Origin: Nitrososphaerota archaeon
Lineage (GTDB): Archaea; Thermoproteota; Nitrososphaeria_A; Caldarchaeales; Caldarchaeaceae
Length of the DNA: 64,000 nt
Assembly: GCA_041641305.1 (NCBI GenBank)
Contig: JBEPYN010000002.1
Coordinates: 192,001 to 256,000 of the forward strand
Direction: 5' to 3'
Shown here: positions 19,077 through 29,675 of the stretch, piece by piece
How the letters are laid out: every line of letters starts with the position of its first letter
Numbering within the stretch: position 1 is the first letter of the stretch
Notes under the pieces: model-generated
The model's database searches: none
Told to the model about the DNA's origin: nothing
Seen by the model: only the letters and a program-made list of their open reading frames with translations
Made by a program: the position numbers and the translations under genes

Positions 19077-19419
19077 ACACCACCCCTAATCCTCAAATCA
19101 TCCCTCAACACGACGCCATGTTTCAAAGCCTCCACCCCAACGGGTTCCGCTTCTCCACAAGCCGTTTAAACTCCGAAACCGTAAGCGGAATGACTTGGAA
19201 TCCCGGCGGCGGGTCGAGGGTTTCCAGCCTTTTGAGCGGGTTGCCGCCGAAAACATCGGACACGAGGACTATGTCGACGTCGCTCCATAGGTTGAAATCT
19301 CCTCGGGCGTAGGAACCTACGAGAAACGCCGAAACCTCGAAGCCAAGCGACGAAACCCAGCTCCTCGCCAACTCAATCACAGCCTCCCGCCGCTCTCTCC
19401 GCCGCCTAACGATTTCCAA
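19073..19419 (-). pseudogene. MNT (minimal nucleotidyltransferase) antitoxin, frameshifted near the C-terminus
   Basis: GSYARGDFNLWSDVD; after NPL a shifted frame gives VEALKHGVVLRDDL...*. Confidence 0.75.
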
Positions 19420-19560
19420 ACCCTAACCACCCAGCCCAGTATCCTCTCCGCCCACATCATAGTCAGCGGGAACCCCCTCAAACCATGCATCAGGATAACA
19501 TGTGGGAACGTATAATTGTCAAGAGCCTTAGCCTCATCCAGCAAACCAGTCAAATCATTT
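19377..19560 (-). pseudogene. HEPN toxin remnant
   Basis: Frameshifted pieces EAKALDNY / YVPTCYPDAWFEGVP / WAERILGWV...W, overlapping the MNT start; right boundary approximate. Confidence 0.65.
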
Positions 19561-19616
19561 GCGGAAGCCTGATATAAGCTTCAAAAATTTTTAAGACATT
19601 TCCCACCGTTCTAGGC

Positions 19617-20546
19617 ATGGGTTCCGTGGCAGTTGCAGTCGAGGGGCTTGTGAAGCGTTACGGTGAAGTGACCGCTGTTGACAGTGTTTCCTTCAAGGTG
19701 TATGGCGGCGAGATTTTTTCTCTTCTTGGCCCCAACGGCGCCGGAAAAACAACCACAGTCGAGATTCTCGAATGCCTGAGGACGCCGACAGCCGGCGACG
19801 CCTTCATCAAAGACCTTAGCGTGAAAAACCCTGACGACGTGAAAAAGATTAAGCAAATCATCGGCGTGCTTCCACAGGACTTCAACGCCGTCGACAACCT
19901 ATCCGTGCTGGAAAACGTCCAGCTCGCCGCAGTCGCGAAAAAAGCCGACAACATACGTGAGGTTCTCGAGCAGCTGGGGCTGTGGGAAATCAGGAACAGG
20001 ATGTTCTCGAAGCTATCGGGCGGATTGAAGAGACGAGTCGGCATAGCCATGGCATTGGTTGGAAATCCAGAGATAGTTTTCCTCGACGAACCAACCACAG
20101 GCTTCGACCCAGAGGCCCGACGCGAGACATGGCTCTACATAAAAAACATCAAAAAAACTGGGGCCACCGTTATTCTGACCACTCATTACATGGAGGAGGC
20201 GGAGAGGCTCAGCGACCATGTAGCCGTGATGGTCCGTGGGAAGATAGCGGTCGAGGGAAAGGTGCGTGAGCTTGTCGCCGAGCACGGGGGAAGAACACGT
20301 CTCATCTTCGACTTTCTCGAGCCGGAGGCCGCGCAACTTCTACAAGGAAACGGATACATGGTGGAGCAGGCCGCTGGGGGAAGGGTGGTTGTTAAGGTTG
20401 AGAAGGAATCGGATGTGTTTGATGTTGTGGCTCTGCTGAAAAGAAACGGGTTCAACGCGTATCCCGAGGTTAGGCAACCGGGGCTGGAGGATGTTTTTCT
20501 CTCGGTCATAGGCTCGAGGCTCTCGGAGACGGGTGAGCTGGTTTGA
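19617..20546 (+). CDS. ABC-2 type exporter ATP-binding subunit
   Basis: GPNGAGKTT, LSGG, FLDEPT, TTHYMEE. Confidence 0.95.
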   Translation: MGSVAVAVEGLVKRYGEVTAVDSVSFKVYGGEIFSLLGPNGAGKTTTVEILECLRTPTAGDAFIKDLSVKNPDDVKKIKQIIGVLPQDFNAVDNLSVLENVQLAAVAKKADNIREVLEQLGLWEIRNRMFSKLSGGLKRRVGIAMALVGNPEIVFLDEPTTGFDPEARRETWLYIKNIKKTGATVILTTHYMEEAERLSDHVAVMVRGKIAVEGKVRELVAEHGGRTRLIFDFLEPEAAQLLQGNGYMVEQAAGGRVVVKVEKESDVFDVVALLKRNGFNAYPEVRQPGLEDVFLSVIGSRLSETGELV

Positions 20547-21787
20547 CCACGGTTCCAAAAATTGTTTACCTGTTGTTCAAATCTTGGATGAGGGATAAGG
20601 CAAGCCTCTTCTTCGGCTTCGCCCTGCCCATCATGTTTCTGCTCGTCTTCGGCACAATCTTCGGCGGGCCTACGCAGCCCAACTACAGCCTCTACATACG
20701 GAACCTTGACGTGGACCAGCAGGGCAACCCAGAGCCACTCGCCGACGCATTCATCCAAGCCCTGAACGCTAGCGGTGTCTTCGACATCAAGCTCCTCAAG
20801 CCTGAAGAACCCGCACCCAAACCCACAGGCTTCGCAGCAATACGAATACTCACGATACCGAAGGGGTTCACCGCATCACTTCTAAACAACACCATAGCAA
20901 CCCGGATAGAAATCACCGCCGACACTTTACAGAGATTGATAGAAATGGCCGGTGAAAACATATCCCCCGAAGCGCGGGCAAACATAACTCAAGGCTTCAA
21001 CGCGATGAACCAGGTAAAACAGTTCTTCAAAACAGAGAAAAAACCCATAATCCTCGAGGGAAGCCCCGACGACAAAATACTCCAACCAATAGAGGGCATA
21101 ATCAACACCGTAGCCGACAGGTTTGAGCTGGCTCTTCTCAACGCCTCCTCCACAATCGAGATAGACACAGTCTACAGTGAGGTAAGGCGGCTTAGCTCCG
21201 TGGACTATTACGTGCCGGGGTTGGTGGCGGCGTTTATCATGACCAACGGGTTGATCGGTGTCTCCTCTTTCACGTCTGAGCTGAGGCGAAACGGTGTGAT
21301 GAAGCTGCTTGCATCCACTCCTGTTTCACGGACTGCGTGGATGATTTCCATCATAACTGTGCAAACCATAGTAGCCCTCATCTTGACCGCTGTAATGATT
21401 GCCGTGGGCTTGGCTGTTTTCCGGCTGACAATAATCCCCGCCCCCTTCAGCATCATTATCATCTTGCTTGGCGCCTTTGCTTTCACAGGCTTCGGAACAT
21501 TTATTGGCGGAGTGTTGAAGACGCCTGACGCTGTGACGGCTCTCGGAAACTCTCTGGCTTTTCCCATGATGTTTCTCTCAGGCGCTTTCTGGCCCCTCGA
21601 GATAATGCCGGAGTTCATGCAGCAGATTGCACGGTTCACGCCTCTCTACTACTTCCACGTCGCGTTGCGGGAATCGCTGGTAATCGGCTCGGTCTCCACA
21701 GCTCTCCTGCCCACAGCAATATTGGCAGCACTGGCATGCGTCGGCATGGCTCTGGCCGCCTACGCGACCAAGTGGAAAGACTTCTAG
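20543..21787 (+). CDS. ABC-2 type exporter permease
   Basis: N-terminal TM, large loop, multiple C-terminal TMs, FLSGAFWP. Confidence 0.9.
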   Translation: MTTVPKIVYLLFKSWMRDKASLFFGFALPIMFLLVFGTIFGGPTQPNYSLYIRNLDVDQQGNPEPLADAFIQALNASGVFDIKLLKPEEPAPKPTGFAAIRILTIPKGFTASLLNNTIATRIEITADTLQRLIEMAGENISPEARANITQGFNAMNQVKQFFKTEKKPIILEGSPDDKILQPIEGIINTVADRFELALLNASSTIEIDTVYSEVRRLSSVDYYVPGLVAAFIMTNGLIGVSSFTSELRRNGVMKLLASTPVSRTAWMISIITVQTIVALILTAVMIAVGLAVFRLTIIPAPFSIIIILLGAFAFTGFGTFIGGVLKTPDAVTALGNSLAFPMMFLSGAFWPLEIMPEFMQQIARFTPLYYFHVALRESLVIGSVSTALLPTAILAALACVGMALAAYATKWKDF

Positions 21788-22662
21788 CCAAACTCTTCGA
21801 CGAGAACAGGGACAACCCTGTCCCTCAGCACCTTGGCCGCATCAACCGGGTCGTCTCCTAGGGGATGGCCAAAGCAGATGTGTGATACCCCTGCTCTAAG
21901 AAGCTTGGCCGCCTTCTCCACGAGCGTGTCCACGTCACCGTAGATAGCCAGGTTTTCGGCCATCTTTTCTCCAGCGCCGGGTTCACTGGCCAGCAGGTCT
22001 CTGTATTCTATGCCCGCGGCGGCCAGCATGGGAGAATCGCCGACCAGCTCGGGAACATAGCTCCACAGCGCTTCGAGCAGTTTGTCGGTGTCTTCGCCTA
22101 TGTAGGTGAAGGGCCTCGCTATCAGGGGCAGGTTTCTTCGACCTGTTTCGTCGATTATGTTTCGGAGCTGCTGTGCGTATCTTGGGTTGGCTAGGTTGTC
22201 CACCACTATGCCTTTCACACAATCCAGCGTGGCGGCGGCCCTCACCAGCCGCGGCCCACTCGTCCCAACATAGACCTCAGGCTCCGAGGAAAATCTCCAA
22301 CTTATGCGGCTGTACTCGTCGACTATCATTCGCACCTTTTCAACCACTTCATTTATCGTGGCACGTTTCTCAGCCATGTAAGCTCCCCTCGAAACGCCGA
22401 GAACAGCTCCGGGGGCCAAGGTGTTCAGGTAGGCGAGGAACCGTGCGTTGACCACTGGATTGTATAGGTTGGCGGGAACGGTGACAGGGCCCACTCGGAT
22501 GTGTTTGAGATGGGGCGCGACTGCTGTGGAGAGGCTCCAAGCAGGTCTCCATGGAAGATGTTCATAGAAGTGTAGAGAGTAGAAATTGTCCCCGTCTATG
22601 GTCTTGGCTACGGCGAGACACGTATCAAAATCCTTGTCTCCCTCGAGAGCCACGCTGAACAA
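21784..22662 (-). CDS. Luciferase-like (LLM, Mer-like) flavin/F420-dependent oxidoreductase
   Basis: RVGPVT...NP, VYVGTSGPR, CFGHPLG; start estimated at TTG 22662 to avoid overlap with the divergent gene. Confidence 0.7.
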   Translation of the reverse strand: MFSVALEGDKDFDTCLAVAKTIDGDNFYSLHFYEHLPWRPAWSLSTAVAPHLKHIRVGPVTVPANLYNPVVNARFLAYLNTLAPGAVLGVSRGAYMAEKRATINEVVEKVRMIVDEYSRISWRFSSEPEVYVGTSGPRLVRAAATLDCVKGIVVDNLANPRYAQQLRNIIDETGRRNLPLIARPFTYIGEDTDKLLEALWSYVPELVGDSPMLAAAGIEYRDLLASEPGAGEKMAENLAIYGDVDTLVEKAAKLLRAGVSHICFGHPLGDDPVDAAKVLRDRVVPVLVEEFG

Positions 22663-22728
22663 AGCCTTCTGGAGAAGTAAGGTCTGCGAAATACAAACAT
22701 TTACAAACGACAAGCACTGTAGAGGTTC

Positions 22729-23682
22729 ATGGAGTTCGTAGACGTGGTCGGCGCTGGGAGGATAGGCCATGGCATAGCTCTATGCGTTGCGATGCATGGT
22801 TTCAGGGTTAGGCTCAGGGATGTTAAGCAGCGAACGCCTGACGAGAGGGAGATGCTGCGAGAAAAAATTTTAAGCCAGATTAGGGAGAGCCTGAAACTCT
22901 TTGAGGAATGTGAATTTATTCACGAACCTGTTGACGAGGTGGTTAATCGGATAAATTTTGTCGGCGGATACGTTGGTCTCGAGGATGCTTTTCATGTTGT
23001 TGAGGCTGTTCCCGAAGACGCTGCCGTGAAGAAACAGGTTTATGGTCTGGTTTGTGAACGGCTTGGCAGCGATGCTTTACTGGCGTCGACGAGCAGCAGC
23101 ATGAGGCCATCAGCATTGGCAAAACACGTAAAACATCCGGAACGATTTCTCGTAACACATTGGATTAACCCCGCCGAGCTCATCCCCCTTGTCGAAGTCT
23201 CGCCATCTCCTCAAACATCACGGGAAACTGTGGAGGAGGCTGTCGAGTTTCTCCGTAGATGTGGCAAAAGGCCCGTGGTGTGCGGCGATAGCCCCGGCTA
23301 TGTCTCGGCTCGGCTGCAGGCTGCGTTGATGAATGAGGCTCTTAGGCTGGTTGAGGAGGGTGTGGCCTCACCGCGGGATGTTGATGAGGCGTTGATGGCT
23401 GGCATAGGGTTCAGGCTGTCGGTGCATGGGCTGCTTGAGTTCGTGGACTGGGGTGGCGTCGACATTCTCTACAAGGTTGACGAATATCTCGCCTCTGAGC
23501 TGAAAACAGAGCGTTTCAAACCACCAGCGCTGCTAAGGAAACTTGTCGAAGAAGGGCGTCTCGGCATGCATGTTGGGCGGGGAGTTTTCGACTATGAAGG
23601 CGTGAATGTTGAAAATCTAAAGCTGCGCCGCAAAAAAGCGATGGTTAAAAGATTGAAGCAGCTAAAGGATGAACAGGGTTGA
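22729..23682 (+). CDS. 3-hydroxyacyl-CoA dehydrogenase family
   Basis: GAGRIG, VEAVPED...K, HWINP, PGYV..RL. Confidence 0.9.
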   Translation: MEFVDVVGAGRIGHGIALCVAMHGFRVRLRDVKQRTPDEREMLREKILSQIRESLKLFEECEFIHEPVDEVVNRINFVGGYVGLEDAFHVVEAVPEDAAVKKQVYGLVCERLGSDALLASTSSSMRPSALAKHVKHPERFLVTHWINPAELIPLVEVSPSPQTSRETVEEAVEFLRRCGKRPVVCGDSPGYVSARLQAALMNEALRLVEEGVASPRDVDEALMAGIGFRLSVHGLLEFVDWGGVDILYKVDEYLASELKTERFKPPALLRKLVEEGRLGMHVGRGVFDYEGVNVENLKLRRKKAMVKRLKQLKDEQG

Positions 23683-25040
23683 AGACTAAGATAGCTTGTA
23701 CACTGGGGCCTTCGCTTCGAGAGGTTACGGATATAGAGAAAGCCATATCACTCGGTTGCCGTATCTACCGCATAAACTTTAGCCACGGAAACTCTGCTCT
23801 CTGGCGACAGTTGGCAGAAAACGCACGCGAGGCCGCGGAAAAACATGGTGAGGAAATTGTGTTGATAGGTGATTTACGCGGGCCCTCTATCAGGGTTTCA
23901 GGTTTCGAGAAAAGCATCATTCTCCGCGTAGGTGAGAGAACAAAGTTTTCTCTGGACGGGCCGCTCAGCCTCCCTTATCCACGTTTCTTCCAAACAGTTG
24001 ACATAGGCGACACACTCGTCTTCGACGACGGCCGAGGCATGCTCAAGGTTGTCGCAAAAGATGAAACATCCATCGAGGCCGAAGCCATCAGACCGGCCAC
24101 AATTTCTCCCAACAAATCCATAGTCATTAGGGGAAAGGAGGTTCAGGTGTCTGATTATCTGGAGACATGTAGAGAACAGCTTGAGGATGCTGCTGACATG
24201 AGGCTCGACTATGTTGGTTTGAGTTTCGTGACGAAAGCTGCTGATGTCGATGCGGTGAAAACGTTTCTGCTTGAGAAGGGTGTGGCGACGGGTGTGATAG
24301 CTAAGATTGAGACACCTTCAGGTGTGAAAAATGTTGATGAAATAAGTGAGAGAAGCGACGCTGTGTTGATTGCGCGGGGGGACCTCGGTATGCATTTTCA
24401 TCTCGAGTATGTGCCACGTCTCCAGAAAACAATCATCGACGCGGCCTATTATGCATGTAAACCAGTCATAGTCGCCACCCAGCTTCTCGGCTCCATGGTG
24501 AACGAGCCTGTTCCATCGCGGAGCGAAATCGTTGACGTGATGACTTGTGTGGAGGATGGGGTGGATGTGTTGATGCTTACCGCGGAGACAGCCGTGGGCC
24601 ATTATCCGCTTGAGTCTATACAGTGGCTGGCAAACATCGCGGAAACCTATGAGAAGGGGATTGAGCCGAGGCGAACTCTATCACCCGACGCCGACGTGGT
24701 TGACCGGTTTGCATTAGCCGTCGTACACCTCGCCGAATCACTGGCTGCGAAGATAGCGATTTTCACGATGAACGGAAACATGGCGCGGCGCATAGCGCGT
24801 TTCAAGCCCGTGTCCGGAATAATTGCGGCGACGCCTAACAAGGATGTGGTTCCGCGGTTGATGCTGCTGTGGGGGGTTACACCGCTTGTTTTGGAGGCTC
24901 AGAGCTATGCGGAGGGGTTGGAGCTGTTGGAGAAGAAACTGGAGGAGGAGAAGCTGGCCGAGCCGGGAGACACCTACGTGCTTACCTACGGGTTAGTGAA
25001 AGAGCCTGTTCACATAGTCAAGATGAAAAAATTCACGTAA
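23679..25040 (+). CDS. pyk: Pyruvate kinase
   Basis: TKIACTLGP, RINFSHG, AKIET, IARGDLG, ATQLL. Confidence 0.95.
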   Translation: MKTKIACTLGPSLREVTDIEKAISLGCRIYRINFSHGNSALWRQLAENAREAAEKHGEEIVLIGDLRGPSIRVSGFEKSIILRVGERTKFSLDGPLSLPYPRFFQTVDIGDTLVFDDGRGMLKVVAKDETSIEAEAIRPATISPNKSIVIRGKEVQVSDYLETCREQLEDAADMRLDYVGLSFVTKAADVDAVKTFLLEKGVATGVIAKIETPSGVKNVDEISERSDAVLIARGDLGMHFHLEYVPRLQKTIIDAAYYACKPVIVATQLLGSMVNEPVPSRSEIVDVMTCVEDGVDVLMLTAETAVGHYPLESIQWLANIAETYEKGIEPRRTLSPDADVVDRFALAVVHLAESLAAKIAIFTMNGNMARRIARFKPVSGIIAATPNKDVVPRLMLLWGVTPLVLEAQSYAEGLELLEKKLEEEKLAEPGDTYVLTYGLVKEPVHIVKMKKFT

Positions 25041-25042
25041 GG

Positions 25043-26044
25043 TTATTTTGTTTCTTGCAGGTCTTCGATGCCTTTCTCGGTGATTTTGAAGTATGCCTCG
25101 GCTGTGGGCGGGTGGTAGGGGCTGTCGATTATGCGGGCGAGTCGTGTGTTGTTGGCGGCTCTTCTGATGAAGATGCGGTATGTGCTGCTGTGGGCGAGGA
25201 CGTGTCCTCCGCTGGGTTTGTTGGGGTCGCCGAAGAACTGGTCAGGGTTGGCCTGCACCTGATTAGTAACCACGACAGCGATGTTGTGAACCTGAGCCGT
25301 CCTAAGCAGCCTGTGCAACAGGTCGTTCAACCGCTGCTGCCTCTCAGCCAACGTCCCGCGGCCGATAAACTCCGCCCTAAAATGCGAGATAATCGAGTCG
25401 ATTATCACAAGCCGTGCCTTGTATTTCTCCACGTAGCGTCCGAGCTCCTTCACCGTCAGCTGTAGATGGCTCGAGTTGTAGACGCTTGCGAAGATAACGT
25501 TCTCGAGTATTTTCTGTGGGTCGAGACCACGTGCCTCTGCTATCTGGCTTATCCTCTCAGGCCTGAAGGTTGCCTCCGTGTCGATGTAGATGGCCGAGCC
25601 CTCGAGCCCTCCTTGTTCACGGGGTAGCTGAGCCATGACACACAATGTGTGGGAGACCTGTGTTTTTCCGCTGCCGAACTCTCCTATAAGCTCCGTGATG
25701 GCCTGCGTCTCCACACCGCCTCCCAGCATCGCGTCGAGGGCCCGCGAACCCGTGGTAAGCCTCTGCATGGATTTCCGCCTCTCCAAAACCTCTGTCGCGG
25801 GGACAAACTCTTTGTCGAGAAAACCGCTCTCGATGAGGAGCAGACGGGCCTTGAGGCAGAGCTCCTCAGCCTTCTCGGCGCTGATACCCAGCTCGACAAG
25901 CTCCCGTGGAGTGGCTGCCGCGAGGTCGAGAACAGAGGTTATGCCCGCGGAGTTAAGCTTCTCCTCCGTAGCCTTCCCAACACCCTCAATACTCTGCAAA
26001 TCGAAAATATCTATCTCCTTCTCGGCGGAGGATTTCTTGGTCAT
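25043..26044 (-). CDS. radA: Archaeal recombinase RadA
   Basis: GEFGSGKTQ, FRPERI, GRGTLAERQQ, N-terminal HhH. Confidence 0.97.
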   Translation of the reverse strand: MTKKSSAEKEIDIFDLQSIEGVGKATEEKLNSAGITSVLDLAAATPRELVELGISAEKAEELCLKARLLLIESGFLDKEFVPATEVLERRKSMQRLTTGSRALDAMLGGGVETQAITELIGEFGSGKTQVSHTLCVMAQLPREQGGLEGSAIYIDTEATFRPERISQIAEARGLDPQKILENVIFASVYNSSHLQLTVKELGRYVEKYKARLVIIDSIISHFRAEFIGRGTLAERQQRLNDLLHRLLRTAQVHNIAVVVTNQVQANPDQFFGDPNKPSGGHVLAHSSTYRIFIRRAANNTRLARIIDSPYHPPTAEAYFKITEKGIEDLQETK

Positions 26045-26111
26045 GCGTCTGTTTTCATAGAAGGTGGTCTGGTATAAAAAAGATGGTGCTGGTTTGTGAA
26101 GGGGGAGGGGG

Positions 26112-26738
26112 TCACGGTTTCTCAGCCGTCGCCAGACGGGGGCCGAGTGCTTTCCGGAGCGTTTTCACCAGCCCGTGGCTCAGGGGGACGAGGTAGGCGG
26201 CCGAGATGGCGTTAAAGAGTGCGGTCAAACCTGTTATCAGAAGGGCCACGGCTAGGTCTGTCTCGGCCACGAAACCCACCGCCGAGAGTGCTCTTTTCCC
26301 AAACGGCAGATAAATCTGAGGAAACAGCAGATAATACAGTGCGAAGGTAACGGGAGCCATAACACCAGCCCTAACAAGCACACCGCCAACCGTCGACAAA
26401 ACAACGGCTCCCCGGCCAAGCCTCCTCGCAGCCCAAAGCCCGGCATATACACCGAGAAACATCGCCAAAACAGCTGTAAGCTTCATCAGCTGAGGAATAG
26501 GAGGCGGAGCAAACACGCCTGCGGCGGTTATCACCAAGGCATACCAGTGCGCCAACGCTGTCACAAGCCCGTATTTCCAGCCGAGCAGCAGAAACGACAG
26601 CATGTCCGGTATCTCGGCGAGGTCGAAACGTAGAAAAGGCAAAAGCGGAAAAGGCATGCTCGCAGGAGCCAACCCCATTACATAAGCCAACGCCGCCAAA
26701 GAAGCTGCCAAAGCCAACTTTTGTCTACTGTTCATCAA
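26112..26738 (-). CDS. ECF transporter S component (RibU-like)
   Basis: PFLRFDLAEIP motif, about 6 TMs. Confidence 0.75.
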   Translation of the reverse strand: MMNSRQKLALAASLAALAYVMGLAPASMPFPLLPFLRFDLAEIPDMLSFLLLGWKYGLVTALAHWYALVITAAGVFAPPPIPQLMKLTAVLAMFLGVYAGLWAARRLGRGAVVLSTVGGVLVRAGVMAPVTFALYYLLFPQIYLPFGKRALSAVGFVAETDLAVALLITGLTALFNAISAAYLVPLSHGLVKTLRKALGPRLATAEKP

Positions 26739-26805
26739 GCTATGAAGTTTTTTAGTCTTATATAAATTTGCTTTTAGTAATCGCTATTTTTACTTTTAAG
26801 TCAAA

Positions 26806-27129
26806 CTATTTGCTCGTTGAGGTTATATCTTTTCCAAAAAGCGTTATTTTTCTGAAGAGTTCCGGATGTTTGGGCGCAACCACTCTAGAGCGGCCGACCT
26901 CGTAAATCGTGACTAAACCTGCTTCTTGGAGGGTTTTGACATGCTTGTATGTGATGGCGTAACGTGTTTTGATGAGCCTTGCGATGCCTCTGATGTGTAG
27001 AGGCCGCTGACTGCTGGACACGAGGCTCAGTATCCGTAGACGCACAGGGTTGGAGAGAGCCATGAAAAGCCTGGAAAGCTTCTCAATCTCTTCACTAGGA
27101 ACAACTTGAGCAGCCACACATGAAAGCAT
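26806..27129 (-). CDS. ArsR-family wHTH regulator
   Basis: ALSNPVRLRIL...YKHVKTLQEAGLV. Confidence 0.85.
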   Translation of the reverse strand: MLSCVAAQVVPSEEIEKLSRLFMALSNPVRLRILSLVSSSQRPLHIRGIARLIKTRYAITYKHVKTLQEAGLVTIYEVGRSRVVAPKHPELFRKITLFGKDITSTSK

Positions 27130-27269
27130 ATTTACCTACATGTAAACATTTGCATCCCCATCATCAACACTCATCCAAAGGCAGGGTCGGCGGTGACGCG
27201 GCAGAGGTTTGCATGTTTCTTGGGATGTGTTGTGATATTTATATGGTGCATGATGTGTTTTCTTGATGA

Positions 27270-29450
27270 ATGAGCGTTAAGGAGCTGCGGCTTCGTGTAG
27301 CCGAGGCTAAGCAGCGTGATGTAGGATATGGAATCGCCCGTATAGATAGGTCGGTGGGCGCCGAGGCAGGGCTCTCGACAGGTGACATTATCGAGATACG
27401 TGGAAAGAAGCTCACCGCCGCGACAGTTTGGCTGGGCTACATGGAGGATGAGAAGGAGAAGGACATCATCAGGATAGATGGCCACATAAGAAACAACGCA
27501 GGCGTCTCCCTCAACGACTACGTCATAGTGAGAAAAGCGAACGTGAAAGAGGCCCAGCTCGTCGTCCTCGCGCCCTACAACACCTCCATCAAGGCTGATG
27601 AAAATTTCACAAAACTTGTGAAAAGCAGGCTCATAGAATATCCCGTCGTCCACCGCAACATCATCCCCGTACTCTTCTTCGGCAACCTCTTCACATTCGC
27701 AGTTGTGCAGATGAGGCCTACGGGGGTTGCGAAGATAACGCCGAGAACCAAGCTCGTGATACAGAGCAGGGTTGTGCAGGAGAAAACCCTGCGCACAAGC
27801 ATCACATACGAGGACATAGGTGGGCTGCAGGAACAGATACAGCGGGTTAGGGAGATGATTGAGCTTCCGCTCCGCTTCCCCGAGCTGTTCCAGAAGCTCG
27901 GAATAGACCCGCCTAAAGGTGTGCTGCTCTATGGGCCACCTGGCTGCGGAAAAACACTCTTAGCGAAGGCGGTTGCGACCGAGGCGGAGGCAAACTTCAT
28001 CCTCATCAACGGCCCCGAGATAATGAACAAGTACTATGGCGAAACCGAGGCTAGGCTGCGTGAAATCTTCCGCAAAGCCGAGGAAGAGGCGCCCAGCATA
28101 ATCTTCATCGACGAGATTGACGCGATAGCTCCCAAGAGGAGCGAGGTAACGGGCGAGGTTGAGAAGAGAGTTGTGGCCCAGCTGCTTGCGTTGATGGATG
28201 GTTTGGAGGGCCGCGGCTCCGTAATCGTCATCGGTGCAACAAACAGGCCAAACGCGCTCGACCCCGCGCTGAGAAGACCCGGAAGATTCGACAGAGAGAT
28301 TGAGATAGGCATCCCTGACAAGAGAGGCCGCATCGAGATACTTACCATACACACACGTGGAATGCCACTCGCAAAAGACGTTCAAATAGAGAAGCTCGGC
28401 GAAATGACCCGCGGATACACGGGAGCAGACCTTGCGGCACTATGCCGCGAAGCCGCCATGAAAGCTATCAGAAGAATCCTGCCCAGCATAGACTTCTCCA
28501 GCGAAAGAATCTCACCGGAGATTTTGAACAGCCTCGAGGTAACCATGAAAGATTTTCTCGACGCATACAAGGAGATAACGCCGAGTGCTTTGAGAGAGGT
28601 TGAGATTGAGACGCCGACGGTGAGGTGGGAGGACGTCGGGGGGCTTGAGCAGGTGAAGCAGAAGCTAATCGAGATGGTGGAGTGGCCTCTCAAGTATCCG
28701 GAGAAGTTTGAGAAGCTCGGCATCAAACCTCCCAGAGGCGTGCTGCTCTACGGGCCTCCAGGCTGCGGAAAAACACTTCTCGCAAAAGCAGTAGCCACCG
28801 AGAGCGAGGCAAACTTCATCACCATCAAGGGCCCTGAAATATTCTCCAAATGGGTCGGCGAATCAGAGAAAGCCATCCGTGAAATTTTCCGCAAAGCACG
28901 TCAAGCGGCTCCGGCTGTGATTTTCTTCGACGAGATTGAGGCGATAGCTCCGCGGAAAGACTTGGCCGAGGACAGCTCCGGTGTGACCAACCGTGTCGCC
29001 AGCCAGCTGCTCGCCGAAATAGACGGCATAGAGGAGCTTAATGACATCGTTGTCATAGGTGCGACAAACAGGCCCGACATGCTTGACCCCGCGCTCCTGA
29101 GGCCGGGCAGGTTTGACAGGCTTCTCCTTATACCGCCGCCAGACGAAAAAGCGAGGGCCGAAATCTTCTACATCTACACACGTAAAATGCCTCTCGCCGA
29201 CGATGTAAACATCGAGGTCCTCGCCAGCCGCTGCGAAGGATACTCCGGCGCAGACATAGAGTCTGTATGCAAGGAAGCGGCTCTCGCGGCCCTGCGACGC
29301 GACATCAACGCCGACAAAGTTACCAAAAGAGACTTCGAAGAAGCGCTAATGAACGTCAAGCCGAGCATAACTCCGCAGATGATGAAGGAGTATGAGAAAG
29401 TGGGTGACATGCTTAGGTCGTCTGAGAAGCCTCTGATGATGATAGGCTGA
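27270..29450 (+). CDS. cdc48: Cdc48/VAT AAA+ ATPase
   Basis: N domain plus two AAA modules (GPPGCGKT x2, LDPALxRPGRFD x2). Confidence 0.97.
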   Translation: MSVKELRLRVAEAKQRDVGYGIARIDRSVGAEAGLSTGDIIEIRGKKLTAATVWLGYMEDEKEKDIIRIDGHIRNNAGVSLNDYVIVRKANVKEAQLVVLAPYNTSIKADENFTKLVKSRLIEYPVVHRNIIPVLFFGNLFTFAVVQMRPTGVAKITPRTKLVIQSRVVQEKTLRTSITYEDIGGLQEQIQRVREMIELPLRFPELFQKLGIDPPKGVLLYGPPGCGKTLLAKAVATEAEANFILINGPEIMNKYYGETEARLREIFRKAEEEAPSIIFIDEIDAIAPKRSEVTGEVEKRVVAQLLALMDGLEGRGSVIVIGATNRPNALDPALRRPGRFDREIEIGIPDKRGRIEILTIHTRGMPLAKDVQIEKLGEMTRGYTGADLAALCREAAMKAIRRILPSIDFSSERISPEILNSLEVTMKDFLDAYKEITPSALREVEIETPTVRWEDVGGLEQVKQKLIEMVEWPLKYPEKFEKLGIKPPRGVLLYGPPGCGKTLLAKAVATESEANFITIKGPEIFSKWVGESEKAIREIFRKARQAAPAVIFFDEIEAIAPRKDLAEDSSGVTNRVASQLLAEIDGIEELNDIVVIGATNRPDMLDPALLRPGRFDRLLLIPPPDEKARAEIFYIYTRKMPLADDVNIEVLASRCEGYSGADIESVCKEAALAALRRDINADKVTKRDFEEALMNVKPSITPQMMKEYEKVGDMLRSSEKPLMMIG

Positions 29451-29456
29451 GCATCC

Positions 29457-29675
29457 TTGTCAAAATATGGCGAGGTTCTTGAGACGCTGCGGAGAATGGG
29501 CGGCAAAGCTATGCTGCAGAACCTGTTGGACGAGATGAAGAGGCATCAGTCCAAGCTCTCTACCATGGAGCTGCTACAGATGCTGATGAAGCTGGAGATA
29601 CACGGCAAAGTCCGCGTCTCAACCCTTGATGAGGAGAGGAAAGTCGTCGAGCTACTCGCCGAAGAAAGCGTCTAA
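29457..29675 (+). CDS. Small hypothetical protein, possible wHTH
   Basis: 72-aa ORF directly after cdc48; LMKLEIHGKVRV. Confidence 0.6.
   Translation: MSKYGEVLETLRRMGGKAMLQNLLDEMKRHQSKLSTMELLQMLMKLEIHGKVRVSTLDEERKVVELLAEESV

Noticed and set aside
13938-19312. Long alternative ORFs (13938-14726 -, 18023-19312 + and others)
   Set aside because: Shadow frames kept open by the extreme compositional skew; they overlap well-supported genes and have low-complexity translations.
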